DNA of 63,909 bases, counting the filler, from Folioceros fuciformis (lineage: Eukaryota): assembly GCA_049999805.1 (NCBI GenBank). It is 12 parts of 12 records of this genome, joined end to end, with 100 filler letters (N's around TTAATTAATTAA, not from the genome) between each part and the next. Parts side by side here need not be neighbours in the genome. Positions count along the whole stretch, not along the records: positions 24,308 to 36,227 come from JBNGIO010001512.1; 11 more parts are not named here. One strand, written 5' to 3'. Below are positions 24,308-36,327 of this stretch, piece after piece. The translations under genes and the position numbers were made by a program. Positions within the stretch are counted from its first letter, which is position 1, and each line of letters opens with the position of its first letter. The notes beneath the pieces are model-generated. The model did no database searches. It was given only the letters and a program-made list of their open reading frames with translations, and was not told the origin of the DNA.

Positions 24308-25256
24308 TCTTGAAGTTGCGCATCCTCTCGTGGATGGGGGTATCATCTAAGTCTGCTGGGTCTTCGTCGGGTGTCCATCTTTCCTCATCCCATCTCTTCT
24401 GCACCACCCTGAGTGCTGCGTTGAGAAGGGGGTTGTATTCCCACTGTCTCTTCTTGAGGGCTCTCAACAGATTCTCATACCGAAGCTCCTCAAGCTCATC
24501 ACACTGTATGGAATCCCTCAACATCCTGTAAAATTCTTCTCTTCCTTTTCGGTCTTTGACAGGAGGTGCTGCCCTTTTGAAGAAGTTCCTCATGTGGACC
24601 GAGAGTTTTTCATGGATGTGCTCCATCACTTCAAACGCACATCTTCCTAAAGGCGTTAAAACTTCCCATGTTAGCTCTATTCCCTGACGAGAGAAGTAGT
24701 TGGGCTGCGTTGCCCAGTCCAGTCCTTCCTTCTCTTGTCGTTCTAAGTTATGTTTTATCTCACCAAGTAATTTGGCATTAGGATCCCTCTTAGGCTGGAC
24801 CAGGACAGACAGCGGGATAATGACTTTCTCCCCTGGTCTCAAGGGGAGGTAAGGAGCTATCCTAATGGAGATATTGTAGCCTGACTGCCTGACACGACCC
24901 CAATCGTAAGGCTCTAAATGTGGCAACGGGTCTAGGATACCTGCATATCTTTTCTGTAGTTCAACTATATGTATCACTGGCAGTTTCTTAGGAATCGTCA
25001 CCTCGATCTCTTCGGGTATAGGTTTAATGCGTTGAGGAAATGAGGAAGTCCTGGTCACAGGATACACATACCCTGTCTGACTTTCCAAGTAAAACGTCTG
25101 TACCAGGTGAGGGTTATACACAGGCTTCGGGTCTTCCCATTGATTGAACTGAGACTCCCACTCTGTGAAAGTACTCTTCAAGGGCAGCTTCACCTTGAAG
25201 TAATCAGGAAGGGCAGGGAGGACTGGCGATCGACGGACTGCTAGCACATACCCCAT
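24308..25256 (-). CDS. Unrecognised protein, >316 aa, intronless, 3' truncated by contig edge
   Basis: Long ATG-initiated ORF with globular-protein composition and a clear paralogue immediately upstream. Confidence 0.75.
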
Positions 25257-25581
25257 TTTCTCGAGTCTAACACAACCTCCGCCTTGGCCAACCCCAGGTG
25301 CAAAACTTTACAATTCACCAAAACAAGACCCTTCCCAACGATCTGTAGACGCAATCTCACACAGGATGAGCGTGCTGGATGGTAACCAGTCCTCCCCCCT
25401 TCAACCACGGACACGTGCCAGGAATAGTGCGCAGAACCAAGCCTATCCTAATGCTAAGTTCTGACGTATGCATAGCAAGCATTTACCAAAAATACCTGAT
25501 ACCTGATACCTCTGGGCCTGGACCTAATCATCGTCAACGTCCAGCATAACAGGGCAGTGGAAGATACCCGGCGGGACGAGA

Positions 25582-25974
25582 TCAGGGACAATAGGGAGCG
25601 CGAGTGGAGATGGTCTTGTAGCCTGACGACTTCACGATTTCCGCGTGATACGGCTGCAAGTGAGGCAGAGGATCCGACACACCTGCGTACCGCTTTTGCA
25701 AAGAAACAAGATCAACAACCTGGACCTTCGGGGTAACCTGGATAACCACCGGCACCGGTATAGGCTTGGTTCTGGGAGGAAAGTCGTCAAATCTGGAGAC
25801 GGTACAGACTCGGCCAGTGCCAGCCGCGAGGTGGAACGTCTGGTTCTTCAAATGTGGATCATAAGCCGGATCCACCTTGTGGGAGTCTTGAAACTGAGCT
25901 TCCCAGTCTGTCAGCTTGTCACGGCGAGGAGGACCGATCTTACCAGAGCGAATTCCTGCCGAGAGATGGCTCAT
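25582..25974 (-). CDS. Shorter tandem paralogue of 24308-25256 (~130 aa, possibly a truncated pseudogene)
   Basis: Shares T.WE.QF, Y.PHL, QTF.L...TG, FP.R.KPIP, LQKRYAG..DPLPHL.PY, SGY and APY.P with the neighbouring ORF. Confidence 0.65.
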   Translation of the reverse strand: MSHLSAGIRSGKIGPPRRDKLTDWEAQFQDSHKVDPAYDPHLKNQTFHLAAGTGRVCTVSRFDDFPPRTKPIPVPVVIQVTPKVQVVDLVSLQKRYAGVSDPLPHLQPYHAEIVKSSGYKTISTRAPYCP

Positions 25975-26433
25975 TTCTTCGCCTATCACCCTCGTCTCCT
26001 CCGCAGAAACACGAAGGCCCTGTCCACGAAGCACTCACGCAAATAGGTGCTCTCAAATTTCAGACATCCACAAACCTCTCGGCCGAAGATGCACAGGGGA
26101 TCTCTGACCTTGCCGCCTTCACGCCACACTGCACTCTGGACATACCTGCTGCGTACCCAAATCAAGTGGCAAAGAAGGGCCCAGAATAGGCCGGCTGCAG
26201 GCGACCCGTCACCTCACCAGATCTGTGACTCTTCGAATGTCAGTTGAAGGGGGAAAGTGGTGTACGAAAACAACAAACCACAAGGAGTGCAAGTACCGAA
26301 ATTCGATCATTTGTTGACACAAAGAAGTGCCCACATACGTAGCTCGTAACCGTGGCAGTTTCTTATTAAGTTTAGGGGAAAGAAACTAGCTTATGGATGT
26401 AAACTAGTTTATAAACCAACTAGCTCGGATGCC

Positions 26434-27786
26434 ATGGGAAAGCGGGATCTACCGTTCAAGATCGTGAATGGGAGGGGGTTCGAAGGGCCTGATTTTGACA
26501 ATGTCCTGCTGGGGTGGGAGGCGGAGGAAGACATAGAGGTAGGCTTGTTGGAATGCATCTGGCTGACAGCAGAGAGGCCAGGGAGCTTGTGGCAAAGGAA
26601 GGATATGTCACAACTGTTCATGTATAGGGAGAAGCGGAAGAAGCGGGAGCGGGCGGTGATGGAGATGACGATGGCTCAGGACGAGGCCGAGACAGAGAAG
26701 CAGGATGTGAGGGAGCGGAGAACCAGCCAGCAGAGAGTAAAGCGGGTGCTGGCTGCGTCCTCCAAGCATCTAGAGCAGCTGACGAAGCAGACGCGGCGGC
26801 TGGCTGGGGAGGAGGAGGAGGAGATGCAGGGAGGGGACGGGGGAGCTGTCGTCTTGGATGCCGCGAAGAATGGCCTGCTCAATCTGAAGCAAAGGCACGG
26901 AGAGCTGCGAGAGCGGTTGTCGGCTGAGAGGGCGACTAGGGATCCGCTGCCGCGGGAGGTGGACTTCGCCGTGCTCAAGTCTACCGAGTGTGAAGTTGAT
27001 GGAGAATCTTGGAACGACGAGGTCATCACGACTCTGTGGCAGAGAGTGGAGACTGATGCGTGTTATGCGGACAGTGTGAACGAGGGAGGCGCGGACATTG
27101 CTTCCGACCTCTTCTCGGAGGAGGAGAGAATTTCGTATAGAGTAGGAGCTAGGATTGTCATCTGCGGTTTGCCTCGGAGACGCATTGGCATCCGGTTCGA
27201 GACTAGCTTCGGAGGGCAGGCGTATGAGAGCTACTACTGTGCGCTCACCAGTGAAGAGTCGTCAGACAAGCTGACTGTGTGTGAACAGACCGTGCCCTTT
27301 TTCCTGTCAATGGACGGAGAGAAGGCTTTTCTGGCCACGAGCCCTAAGCAGTTTATTGACAAAATTGACGGCCTTCTTCAAGCTTATGTTGCACGCCGGC
27401 AGCAGTTGAGTTTGTTGAGGGAAACAAGAGGAGACCAGGTGGTAGAGGTTTATCACAGCTTGCCTTATAACCTAGTTGAATTCTCCTTGGAACTGCCTGA
27501 TGCCATGGTGTCGGTGGTTGTGGCCTATGACGACTTGTTATGGGTTCTTCCAAACCGGTGTAATGTTACGGCATGGCAACTTGAAAAGGAAGTTCCTTCA
27601 GCACCACAAGGTCCCAGACGGGTTAAGCGTGGCCCTGCTCCAGTCGTTCCCCATGCTCTCCAGGCCGCGGAGACTGCCTTGCAGAACATGCACCTGCATG
27701 AATCCTATGAGCAAATTGTGGCTGATGTCCACGCGACTGTTGTGGCTTTGGAATCGGGAATTCTAATGTCTCCAGGACTGGGATAA
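26434..27786 (+). CDS. CENPO: Centromere protein O (CENP-O/Mcm21-like), intronless; true start may be ATG 26659
   Basis: N-terminal coiled coil, then plant CENP-O motifs IGIRFETSF.G..YESYYC.L, TVPFFL, FID.I..LLQAYV.RRQQ and YHSLPYNLVEF. Confidence 0.8.
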   Translation: MGKRDLPFKIVNGRGFEGPDFDNVLLGWEAEEDIEVGLLECIWLTAERPGSLWQRKDMSQLFMYREKRKKRERAVMEMTMAQDEAETEKQDVRERRTSQQRVKRVLAASSKHLEQLTKQTRRLAGEEEEEMQGGDGGAVVLDAAKNGLLNLKQRHGELRERLSAERATRDPLPREVDFAVLKSTECEVDGESWNDEVITTLWQRVETDACYADSVNEGGADIASDLFSEEERISYRVGARIVICGLPRRRIGIRFETSFGGQAYESYYCALTSEESSDKLTVCEQTVPFFLSMDGEKAFLATSPKQFIDKIDGLLQAYVARRQQLSLLRETRGDQVVEVYHSLPYNLVEFSLELPDAMVSVVVAYDDLLWVLPNRCNVTAWQLEKEVPSAPQGPRRVKRGPAPVVPHALQAAETALQNMHLHESYEQIVADVHATVVALESGILMSPGLG

Positions 27787-28831
27787 TCTCATTATCGCGT
27801 AAGATTGGCCTCTCAAACGATAGCCTGAGCAGGTTTTCAGATTTGGTGTGCGTCAACTCAACAAGCCCTTGAATCCAGAGACATGAACCACATAAGCAAC
27901 ATACAATCATGGTCTGTGGACCATGCAATACTTTTGGACGATGGAAACCAATACAAGAAGTTACAGGGCAAACGTTTTCCGACCTCACATCCTCGTAGAA
28001 CGGAATCGTTGTTCTGCGTCCTGAGCAGATAGTGTGCATCACCAAGGATCAGAAGAGATCCAGACTCGTCACAATACAAACAAACTGCTTCACAGGAAAC
28101 CTGCAACATACGAAGGCGCTAACCACATTCCATGAAGAGAGGACATACAGACGTCGATCAATGGATCGAACTTAAGCCAATAATTTAACTCATGGCCTTT
28201 TCACCCACGAGAGTGAAAGATTGGAATACTGAGCAAAATCGTTGCCTTTCCCCTTTTCTGCCGTAGTGGCACTCCCCCCTCAAAATTGCATTCGGCGCTC
28301 TCACTATCCAATCCCAACACTTCTCCGGATTCATAGGTTATCCCACCACCTCAATCCCTAGGGATACGCTTCTTCATCCATTCCTGAAAGAACCTACAGG
28401 AACTGTCAAGTGCACAGGGAAGGTCAGAAAAGATTTCCTGCTTCAATTCCAATCTGGGCCACCACATTTCTATAAAACTCTGTAGTACCTTTCAGAAATG
28501 TCGACCTTTGCCAGCATTGGACAGCTACATCAGGTCAGTGAACTCAACTACAGCTGCCAGCCTGCCCACTTTGAATAAGTAAACATCCTTGTTACAGGAG
28601 AGCAACCGAAGCCACAGGGAAGGAAATGAAAGGTTGCCCAACAGAAACATGAGAAAGCGAGCACACATCCACAACGCAGGGTTCAGTCAGCGTCACGAAC
28701 GCGCAGGCATTGTAACAGTTGGGTGGGTGCCCTTCACCCTGTAGGCTTCATCCGCACAAAAATAGGTTGATCGTTGGACATTGTTTGCAATCATTTTCCA
28801 ACAAACCATCTAGGCACCCTACAAAGTTTCC

Positions 28832-30325
28832 TCAACCTTTCTCTCCTCTAGGCCCTCTGCTCCTCTTTTTACGAGGTACAGACCTTGAAGGCCATGATGC
28901 ACTCGTCAGCTGCACTTTCGAAGCTTCACTTTTTCTCTCAGCCCCCACCTTTCCCACTGCAGGACCAAACCTGGCAGCGTCCACATGTGAGCCTTTCTTG
29001 TTGCAGCGTGGAAGACACCTTTGTTGTCGCTCTCTAAATTCCATTCGAGCATGCCGCTTAGCGTAAGTCTCATCATCTGTTGCTTCCAAACTGGACGTTT
29101 CATCTTCAATAACACAAGTCTCATCTACAAGACGCCATTGAGGAGTCTCTATGTGGGCTGGTTTGACCATTTCCACAAACTTAGTCCCCACCTTAACCGG
29201 CATTACCATGTTATCTATATCATAATCAGAAGCCCGTCTTCGAGCACTTACTGGTACAGATCTTGAAGCATGTGTGGTAGCAGGAAAAGGTGGAACTGCT
29301 AAAGAACCACTCACTGCTGGTGCAGACATTGCAGATGACTCTGCATCATCCTTCGTCACAGGTGCTCCCATAAGCAAAAGATCTCTAAGTGTTTCTACTC
29401 GATTTTGTAGACACTCCACTTTCCACAGGAGTTCTTCAAATGACTCCTCCCCACCAACAGGGCCCTGCTCACTAGAGAATCGATGCTCCAAAGAATTGGG
29501 TTGCACGTCTTTGGATGCAACGTCACCACCCATGTTCTCCACCTTATCATTTTCAGTACACTGTGAGAGCACAGGGTCCACTTCCGAGTGACCTTTCAGT
29601 TCCGATCCAACCTCCATCGTCCCTCCGCAACTATGGGCGGATTTGTGCCTATGCTTTGCACTTTTCTGTCCCAGAGTAGTCCCTGAGGCTGAGAGATCAG
29701 TCTCAGCTTTCTGATGTTTGTTAGAATATGTCTCGGGTTTCATAGAAGCTAAAATCCTACCATACTTTGAAGATTCCAATCTCAGCTGACTCAAGCGTAC
29801 CGACAGCCACTGGTGCCTCCACCTATCACCTCTACGAGCTGCTTTCCATTCTGCATCCAAACCTTCCCTACTTCTTGGATGCAGTTCTGCAGCCTGCTTG
29901 TACTTGTCTAACAGAGAAACAGATGCAGACCAGCCATAATCTAGAGTCGGCGATGCACAACCTGCTTCACTATCACTACAACTGCTACCAGCATATCCAA
30001 GCGAACTTGAAGTCTGAAATGCTTCATTAGCTGCACGTTCGAACCTCGTGCAAGTTAGACCAGCAGAAGTTCGCACAGACGAAGACCGCTGTAATCCCTC
30101 CTCATGATGTGTGCCCAGCTCAGAAGTTCGCACATACATCCGTCGCTCTAGTTCTTCATCATTATGTTTGGCCAGCTCTGGTTCTAGATTCACAGTGAAT
30201 GCTCTGCCCATTGGGTGATCAGCGAATATTCTCTTCGGACCAGTATGCCTAGAGGAGATTGCAAAGGTTGGTCTCACGCTGACGCCTGCAGCTTCCATAA
30301 CACCCTTATCCATCACTCGCCCCAT
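28832..30325 (-). CDS. KANSL1/NSL1-like protein with a C-terminal PEHE-like domain, intronless CDS
   Basis: W...R....WRHQWLSVRLSQL block and RRRASDYDIDNMVMP...VEMVKPAHIETPQWR...TDDETYAKRHARME.RE. Confidence 0.75.
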   Translation of the reverse strand: MGRVMDKGVMEAAGVSVRPTFAISSRHTGPKRIFADHPMGRAFTVNLEPELAKHNDEELERRMYVRTSELGTHHEEGLQRSSSVRTSAGLTCTRFERAANEAFQTSSSLGYAGSSCSDSEAGCASPTLDYGWSASVSLLDKYKQAAELHPRSREGLDAEWKAARRGDRWRHQWLSVRLSQLRLESSKYGRILASMKPETYSNKHQKAETDLSASGTTLGQKSAKHRHKSAHSCGGTMEVGSELKGHSEVDPVLSQCTENDKVENMGGDVASKDVQPNSLEHRFSSEQGPVGGEESFEELLWKVECLQNRVETLRDLLLMGAPVTKDDAESSAMSAPAVSGSLAVPPFPATTHASRSVPVSARRRASDYDIDNMVMPVKVGTKFVEMVKPAHIETPQWRLVDETCVIEDETSSLEATDDETYAKRHARMEFRERQQRCLPRCNKKGSHVDAARFGPAVGKVGAERKSEASKVQLTSASWPSRSVPRKKRSRGPRGEKG

Positions 30326-33117
30326 GGAAATCACAGACTGAGAGAGGTAGCCTCCTCATCAATATTGACTCACAGAACTGTTGAATCACAACTGCGGGTT
30401 AAATAACATCACAGCAATGGAGACAACCTGCAGCAGCACACAGAACAAACGCGAAGATGATAACAGCACGAATTCTGTCCCAAAGGCGTCCAGGAAGAAG
30501 ATAGGAAACTCAGAAGCATCACACCTTGGATGCGCACACCGAAGCAGCCATGATAGGATCAGGAACGAGAACACGCACCTTACAACGACGGATCACCCGC
30601 ATGCCCATCGCTTCTCCTCTAACCCTGGCACTGTGTGTAGGTCGATTAGGGCTGGACCGTGTAAATAGTAAGTAAGGACGTAGTTCCTGAGTTCGGAGTG
30701 CTAACCTGTTAGCCCTAAACGGTCGCTGTCACACCTATTCAAAATTGTATGGACTGTGATAGATCGGGTGATGTAGGTGCATAGGCAGCTGGAATGTGGG
30801 ATGAAAAGGTCCAACTTTTTGGCCTCCTGCCCATGGGAATATGGAGTCCTGTGAGGAAGAGAACGAATTTGGTTGTCACCGGTCGAGGCGTTTCCCACCA
30901 GCTGTCGACCAGTCTGGTAATAACATTAAAGACGCCTCAAAAAGCAGGTGGATGTAACACATGGCTCTTGCGTGAGAAATTACACGGCATAGTAACTTTT
31001 AATAATCTCGATGCGGTAGGTGACTGAGGATTCCCTGTGCAGATGTTCCGACGAAAGACAACATCGGCAAGCCCGTGAAGATATCAGGTGCGGTGCGCCT
31101 TTCTATGCGGAGCTGTATGTTCCCACCATGGGCCTTGGTGTTGTGAGGTGCTTGCTCTCATTTTCTTTTCCTGCCCTTGGCCTGAACTGTGAACTCAACT
31201 GAACTGTCGAATTTGCTTGCCTCAGAATTCTTAGCCGTGGCATCAGTTCCTCCTTCTAAGCGTAGCCCATGGTAGATTTTTTTGTTGTTCTATTTCTTTG
31301 AGGTTGGTACATCGACGACGTCTTATTAATAATATGAGGACTTCGGCTTGGGCACTCAGCTCAGCGAAGGCGGGGTCTGGGGAAGGGAACTATCATTCCG
31401 TGTAAGTTTTCCAGTAGTTCGATGATTTGTGAAGACACGGACATCGGAACAGGATTGATCAGTAAGTCGTCAAGGTGAGGCTATTCTGTACTCTATGTGA
31501 AGATCTCATAGGGAAGATGGTGAGTTTGACATCGGGGTTTGTAGGTGGTAACTGACTAGATGACAACGCTACTGGGAGGGGAGGTGGCTGGCCCGGGTTA
31601 CGCTGCTAAAAAGTCCAACCTTCATCCTTATGGCTGGTTTGCAAGGTGTGGAGATGACCACAGCCTGTGGCAAGTTGTCCGCTCTATATCGAAACGAAGG
31701 TACTGTATGTGCAAGCCATCCCTTGCATTGGCCTCCTCCCATGGTTGTCGGCATTGACCGCTCAATTGACCTAACATACAGCTAAGGATGCAAGATGGTG
31801 AAAACTGATACGTGTACAGTCCTGCTGCCATCGATCAGACCTGCTAAGGGGGCAAAGCAGGTAAGCTTCTGCTTCTCGTTGAATGACTTGCATCCAGATG
31901 TTAGGTACCACACGACTCTTGTGGATCACCGGTCGATGTATCTCTGTTTGCAGACGTATGGCCCAAACAAGTCCTGTGCAAATCGCAATAAGAGTTGTAG
32001 CAGAGACTGAAAAGACTGTAAAAGTGTGTCTGTAAATGTCTGTGAACACCTGCAAGCTTGATGCAGCCTTTGTCAAAGCACGTCACTGATCCTCCAGAAG
32101 CTCTCGTGTGTAGGCCACGACTCTCCTCTCGGCAAAATTGAACCCCGGCTGGTTGTTTGCTACTTGATGGGATCAGGTCGACATAGGGATGATGCAAGAA
32201 CTAAAGCGTTACGCACGGGCACGTCCGAACTCGCAGTCCATCATGGACTGCGAGTTCTGTGCACAGCTAGTTTCGGGCCCGCACGGGATGGAGCAAGAAA
32301 ATGGTAAATGACTCGGTGGAACCGGAGCAAGACTTTCAGGTACCTGCCTATTTAAAGCTATAGGTTTAGAAAAACAGAACTGGCTCATTATCCATAAGAT
32401 ATTGAAATCCTGGACAGTCCTTTTCCTCGGCGGTATGGGGTATATGACCACCCATCATTCTCTTCGTAGAACGGACAAAACGACCCCAGGGTCAGTCTTG
32501 CTGCGTCCAAGCGGCAATGATTGCATCTCCTTGAAACCGCACCACTCTTCTGTGATACACATCATCACATGTGCGGCGCACATCAACCAACAAATTTGCT
32601 GTGTCTTGTGGCCATGAGGGACAATCTGCCACTGTATGTTGGAATACTGTCCCGTATAATTAGGTGTTTTACTGGTAGGATAGCGGACACCTGATCGATG
32701 GAATTCCATGGAATTTGTCCTCAGTCGTACGAAGCTGAGAATTATGCACGAGTACATCGATCGCTAGTGTTCCCACTTCTTTCTCAACTTTGAGCCATTC
32801 CCAACTTCTTGATGAAATCTTGCCAAATGGGACATCAGCAGACTACCAGAAATCATTGCAACAACCTTATATAATATTCGGAGCATGCGTAGCAGTGGCA
32901 GGGGTGACGGATCGCTCACCTCTCTTGCCCATTTCAAGCCACGTTCGGTAAGGGCGGCTGTAGAAGCTTCGCCTCTGCCGATCATGATCTCCTAGACTAA
33001 GCTACACTGAACCCGTCAGACAAAATCTGACTGTCCGCGTGTTGGCTGGGGACGGTGGAGCAATAAGCGGGCTGCTATCCTGCACGCCACAGCTTACGAG
33101 AACATGGGGAAAGGGGC

Positions 33118-34380
33118 CTAGAATTGGACCGGTGACGAATACGTGCTGCCGAATGACCAACCCGATGGCGCTATGTTGTTGAACGTCTTCGTAGAACCGT
33201 CGCTAAGAGTGACTAGGAACGACAGCGCCTGTCCCACGAGCTTGGTGTCACATTCCCAGTTCTCTCCCCAGTTCCTCGACATGCTCATCCAGCCTGTGTT
33301 GGAGCCTTTAATGGACACCGCCGTCACGTCACCAGCGCCCGCCACGTTTTGGATGAGCACCAGATTGAAGTAGTCGTTGCCATTGATGGTAAATCGAACA
33401 CCCCCCGTCCTTGTGCACGGGACTCTGAAGAACGATACACAAATGTAAGCATTGATATCACAACCTGCGTGCCTCTCCAACACTAGGAACGCATGAGAGC
33501 ACCGCAGGATTCAAGGTACAAAAGGGAGAAAGGAAATTTCACCTGCGGTACTGCGCTGCGAAATGGCCAACAACTCCTTGTGCGACTTGCGTAAAGGCCG
33601 GTTGCGAGAGGTCGAAGTGCAACTTGCTCCCATCACACCAGCCTCCGTAGCTGCCGGAGGGGCAGAGGTTTGTGGCAGTCACCTTGACCGTGCGCCCGCT
33701 GTAACAGTAGCTGGTGCCGGTGCACTGTATCTCGAAGCAGGCTCCACATTTGGCCCCGTTTTGGAAAAATGCGCTGCTCACCGCGGTTGTGATTGTACCA
33801 TACAGAGCAATCTGATTCCCATACCCACACGCTCCTCCTACACAAGCACAATTTAAACAGCCGGCAATGGCACAGTAAGGGAAAGAATCAAGAATGCGCC
33901 TATCTATGCAAAAAGAAACGACACCAGTCGGACGCCGACAGTCTGAATACAGCAGCGAAGATAACATCAAGAACCACTGCAATCCTAGCTACAGCACGGC
34001 TAGCGCAAGCACGATTGCCCCCGATCCCTGGGCAAGAAGTCCTTCAGCAGCTACGAAGGAAAAACCTGTCATGTCCCCTCACCATTTGTGGCTGATGCAT
34101 CCGAGCCGCCGTAGTACGTGGCTGTGGCGCCAGTGGTCCAACTCGACTGTCCGCTCGCGGCACCGCAAATTGCCAACACGACAGCTCCAATTGCCAAGAC
34201 CTCAAAAATTCTCGAGGTTCTGGACGGAAAAAGAAAGACCTTGGCATCGTCAGACAGGCCACCAGATGCAAAGCAAGATTCGATAGCGCACATCAAGAAT
34301 CAAGCAATCACAGCTCGCACAGCAGGCGAAATGTAAATCAATCACAGGTCAGAAGAGGAACAGGGTTCCACTCACGCCAT
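33118..34380 (-). CDS. EXPA: Alpha-expansin
   Basis: Exons 34380-34376, 34219-34083, 33837-33543 and 33424-33118 splice in frame. Signal peptide, [48 protein letters not shown] and MSRNWG.NW. Confidence 0.96.
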
Positions 34381-34809
34381 GGTAGCTGCACACAGCTTCC
34401 AGAAAGCAATGTCCTTAGAAGTCAGGCAGGAGCGGGAGCGATGCCACAAGAGACGAGGAAGGCAGCGGGTGGAAGGAGCATTCAGCGGTGCCGCCTCTTA
34501 TGCAACGCCGCAGAGATTAAACAATTGTTGAGCATTCAGTGTAAAAAATTGGCGGCATACGTGAGTTGAAGGATGGGCAACATGCGCAGAAAGGCGCAAT
34601 CCCGCGGTTCGCTGCGGGGATAAAGCGTCGGCATGGTCGCCGGTCCCGAGGCAGGGCTCGGAGGCTGATGCGGCAATTTGCGAAAAGAGAAGAGAAAGGA
34701 AGCCGAGCTAGGGGCCCTCACTTGTGACGGTAATAAAAGTCCCAGCATCCGAACGTCACACTGACATACATGACTACCGGCCAGAGGAAAGCGGAGAGCG
34801 AGGTATGGA

Positions 34810-34890
34810 AGCAGAGGCAGAGGCTGAGGCTGAGGCAGAGGCAGAGACAGAGACACAGACACAGACAGAGGCAGCGGCAGCGGCAGAGGG
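34810..34890. repeat. Compound hexanucleotide microsatellite
   Basis: Runs of GCAGAG, GCTGAG, ACAGAG, ACAGAC and GCAGCG. Confidence 0.85.
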
Positions 34891-35339
34891 CGGGAGCAGG
34901 CTCGGCGTACACGCGCCAATGCACGGGCCCTGTCGGGGCACGGGGCCCGTTCTGCCATGTGGCCCGTCCCGTTCCTCATCAATGGTCCACTCAGGCTGTC
35001 CTCCAAAGTGCCATCTCCGGCCCACCCTGCTGGTTCGCTCGTCTCCCCATGCCGAGACGCTATTGTAGATTAGACTATCCACCAACCACCACCCATCAGG
35101 CATGGTTTGCAACCTCCCCGTCACGACTACATCACATCCTACGTACGTGGGTCATAATTTTACAACCAACATCATCCTGTACATACAGAACCCTTGAAAA
35201 CTTCATAGTTTTATGACCCGCACTGCCTTCTTTTCAAAGCCAAGGCTTCCTCTATTCTTTGTATTCCAGAACATGCACCACACACCAGAACATGCACCGC
35301 ACACACAAAGATACCGCCTACTATGCTAGCCAATCATTT

Positions 35340-36227
35340 TATACACAATATAATAAATTAATTAATTAATTAAAAAGATTAATTTAGAAATTTAAACAAT
35401 ATTTGCAAACCGAAATATCTGTTAGTTTTTGCAATACATAGTACTGAATTTACATTGCCTATTTACTAACTAGTATCACATTCACATTGAATGAACAATA
35501 CGAAAATAGGTTACATATTAGAACAACTCACAAACATGTAAATCAATCAGTGAAGCATAGATATTAAAATTATTTAGTTAATAATCAGGTATAAAATAAG
35601 AGTCAGAAATAGATATATTTTATCTCATATTACATATGCATGAATAAAAATAAATAAGTAGGAAAAAAAAAAAGAACGATATAAAACAAAGAACATCCCA
35701 TCTGGCATTTTAATTCCATTTCCCACAAGATTTTTTGCTCTCCCTGTCGCTAAACTCTGTATATTTAAATAATTTTCTACAAAATTCAATTATTTCCTAA
35801 CTCTCAACATCATAAGATTCTTAACCTATCCAATGTTGCAGAAATTTGCAAGCAATTGTTAATGAACTTCCTCTAATATATTAAATGTTACTTATAAAAT
35901 AAACCAAATTCAAGGTAATTATTTATTATAATATTATAGAAATTACAAAAAAAATCTATGATCAATTCTTAGGTGATGCATCTTAGTTAAAAATTTAATT
36001 TTCATCTTGTTAATGAATTTAAATTACTTAATACATAAACAATCATGATAATTCAAATGAATTAATTGAAAAGAAACTAAGTAATCAACAAGTTTACTTA
36101 GTATAGTGAAAAAAACTTTCTAGTACCTCTACTAGTGCTTAAAAAAAAAAAAATTGAGAGTGTATGTGGCCGATAAGTTACAATTTTTGTAACAAAAACG
36201 TAAAGCACATACTTCAATTTGTGGGCT
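35340..36227. other. Abrupt very AT-rich non-coding block, probable transposon remnant
   Basis: Sharp compositional drop relative to the flanking genic DNA; no ORFs. Confidence 0.45.
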
Positions 36228-36327
36228 NNNNNNNNNNNNNNNNNNNNNNNNNNNNNNNNNNNNNNNNNNNNTTAATTAATTAANNNNNNNNNNNNNNNNN
36301 NNNNNNNNNNNNNNNNNNNNNNNNNNN

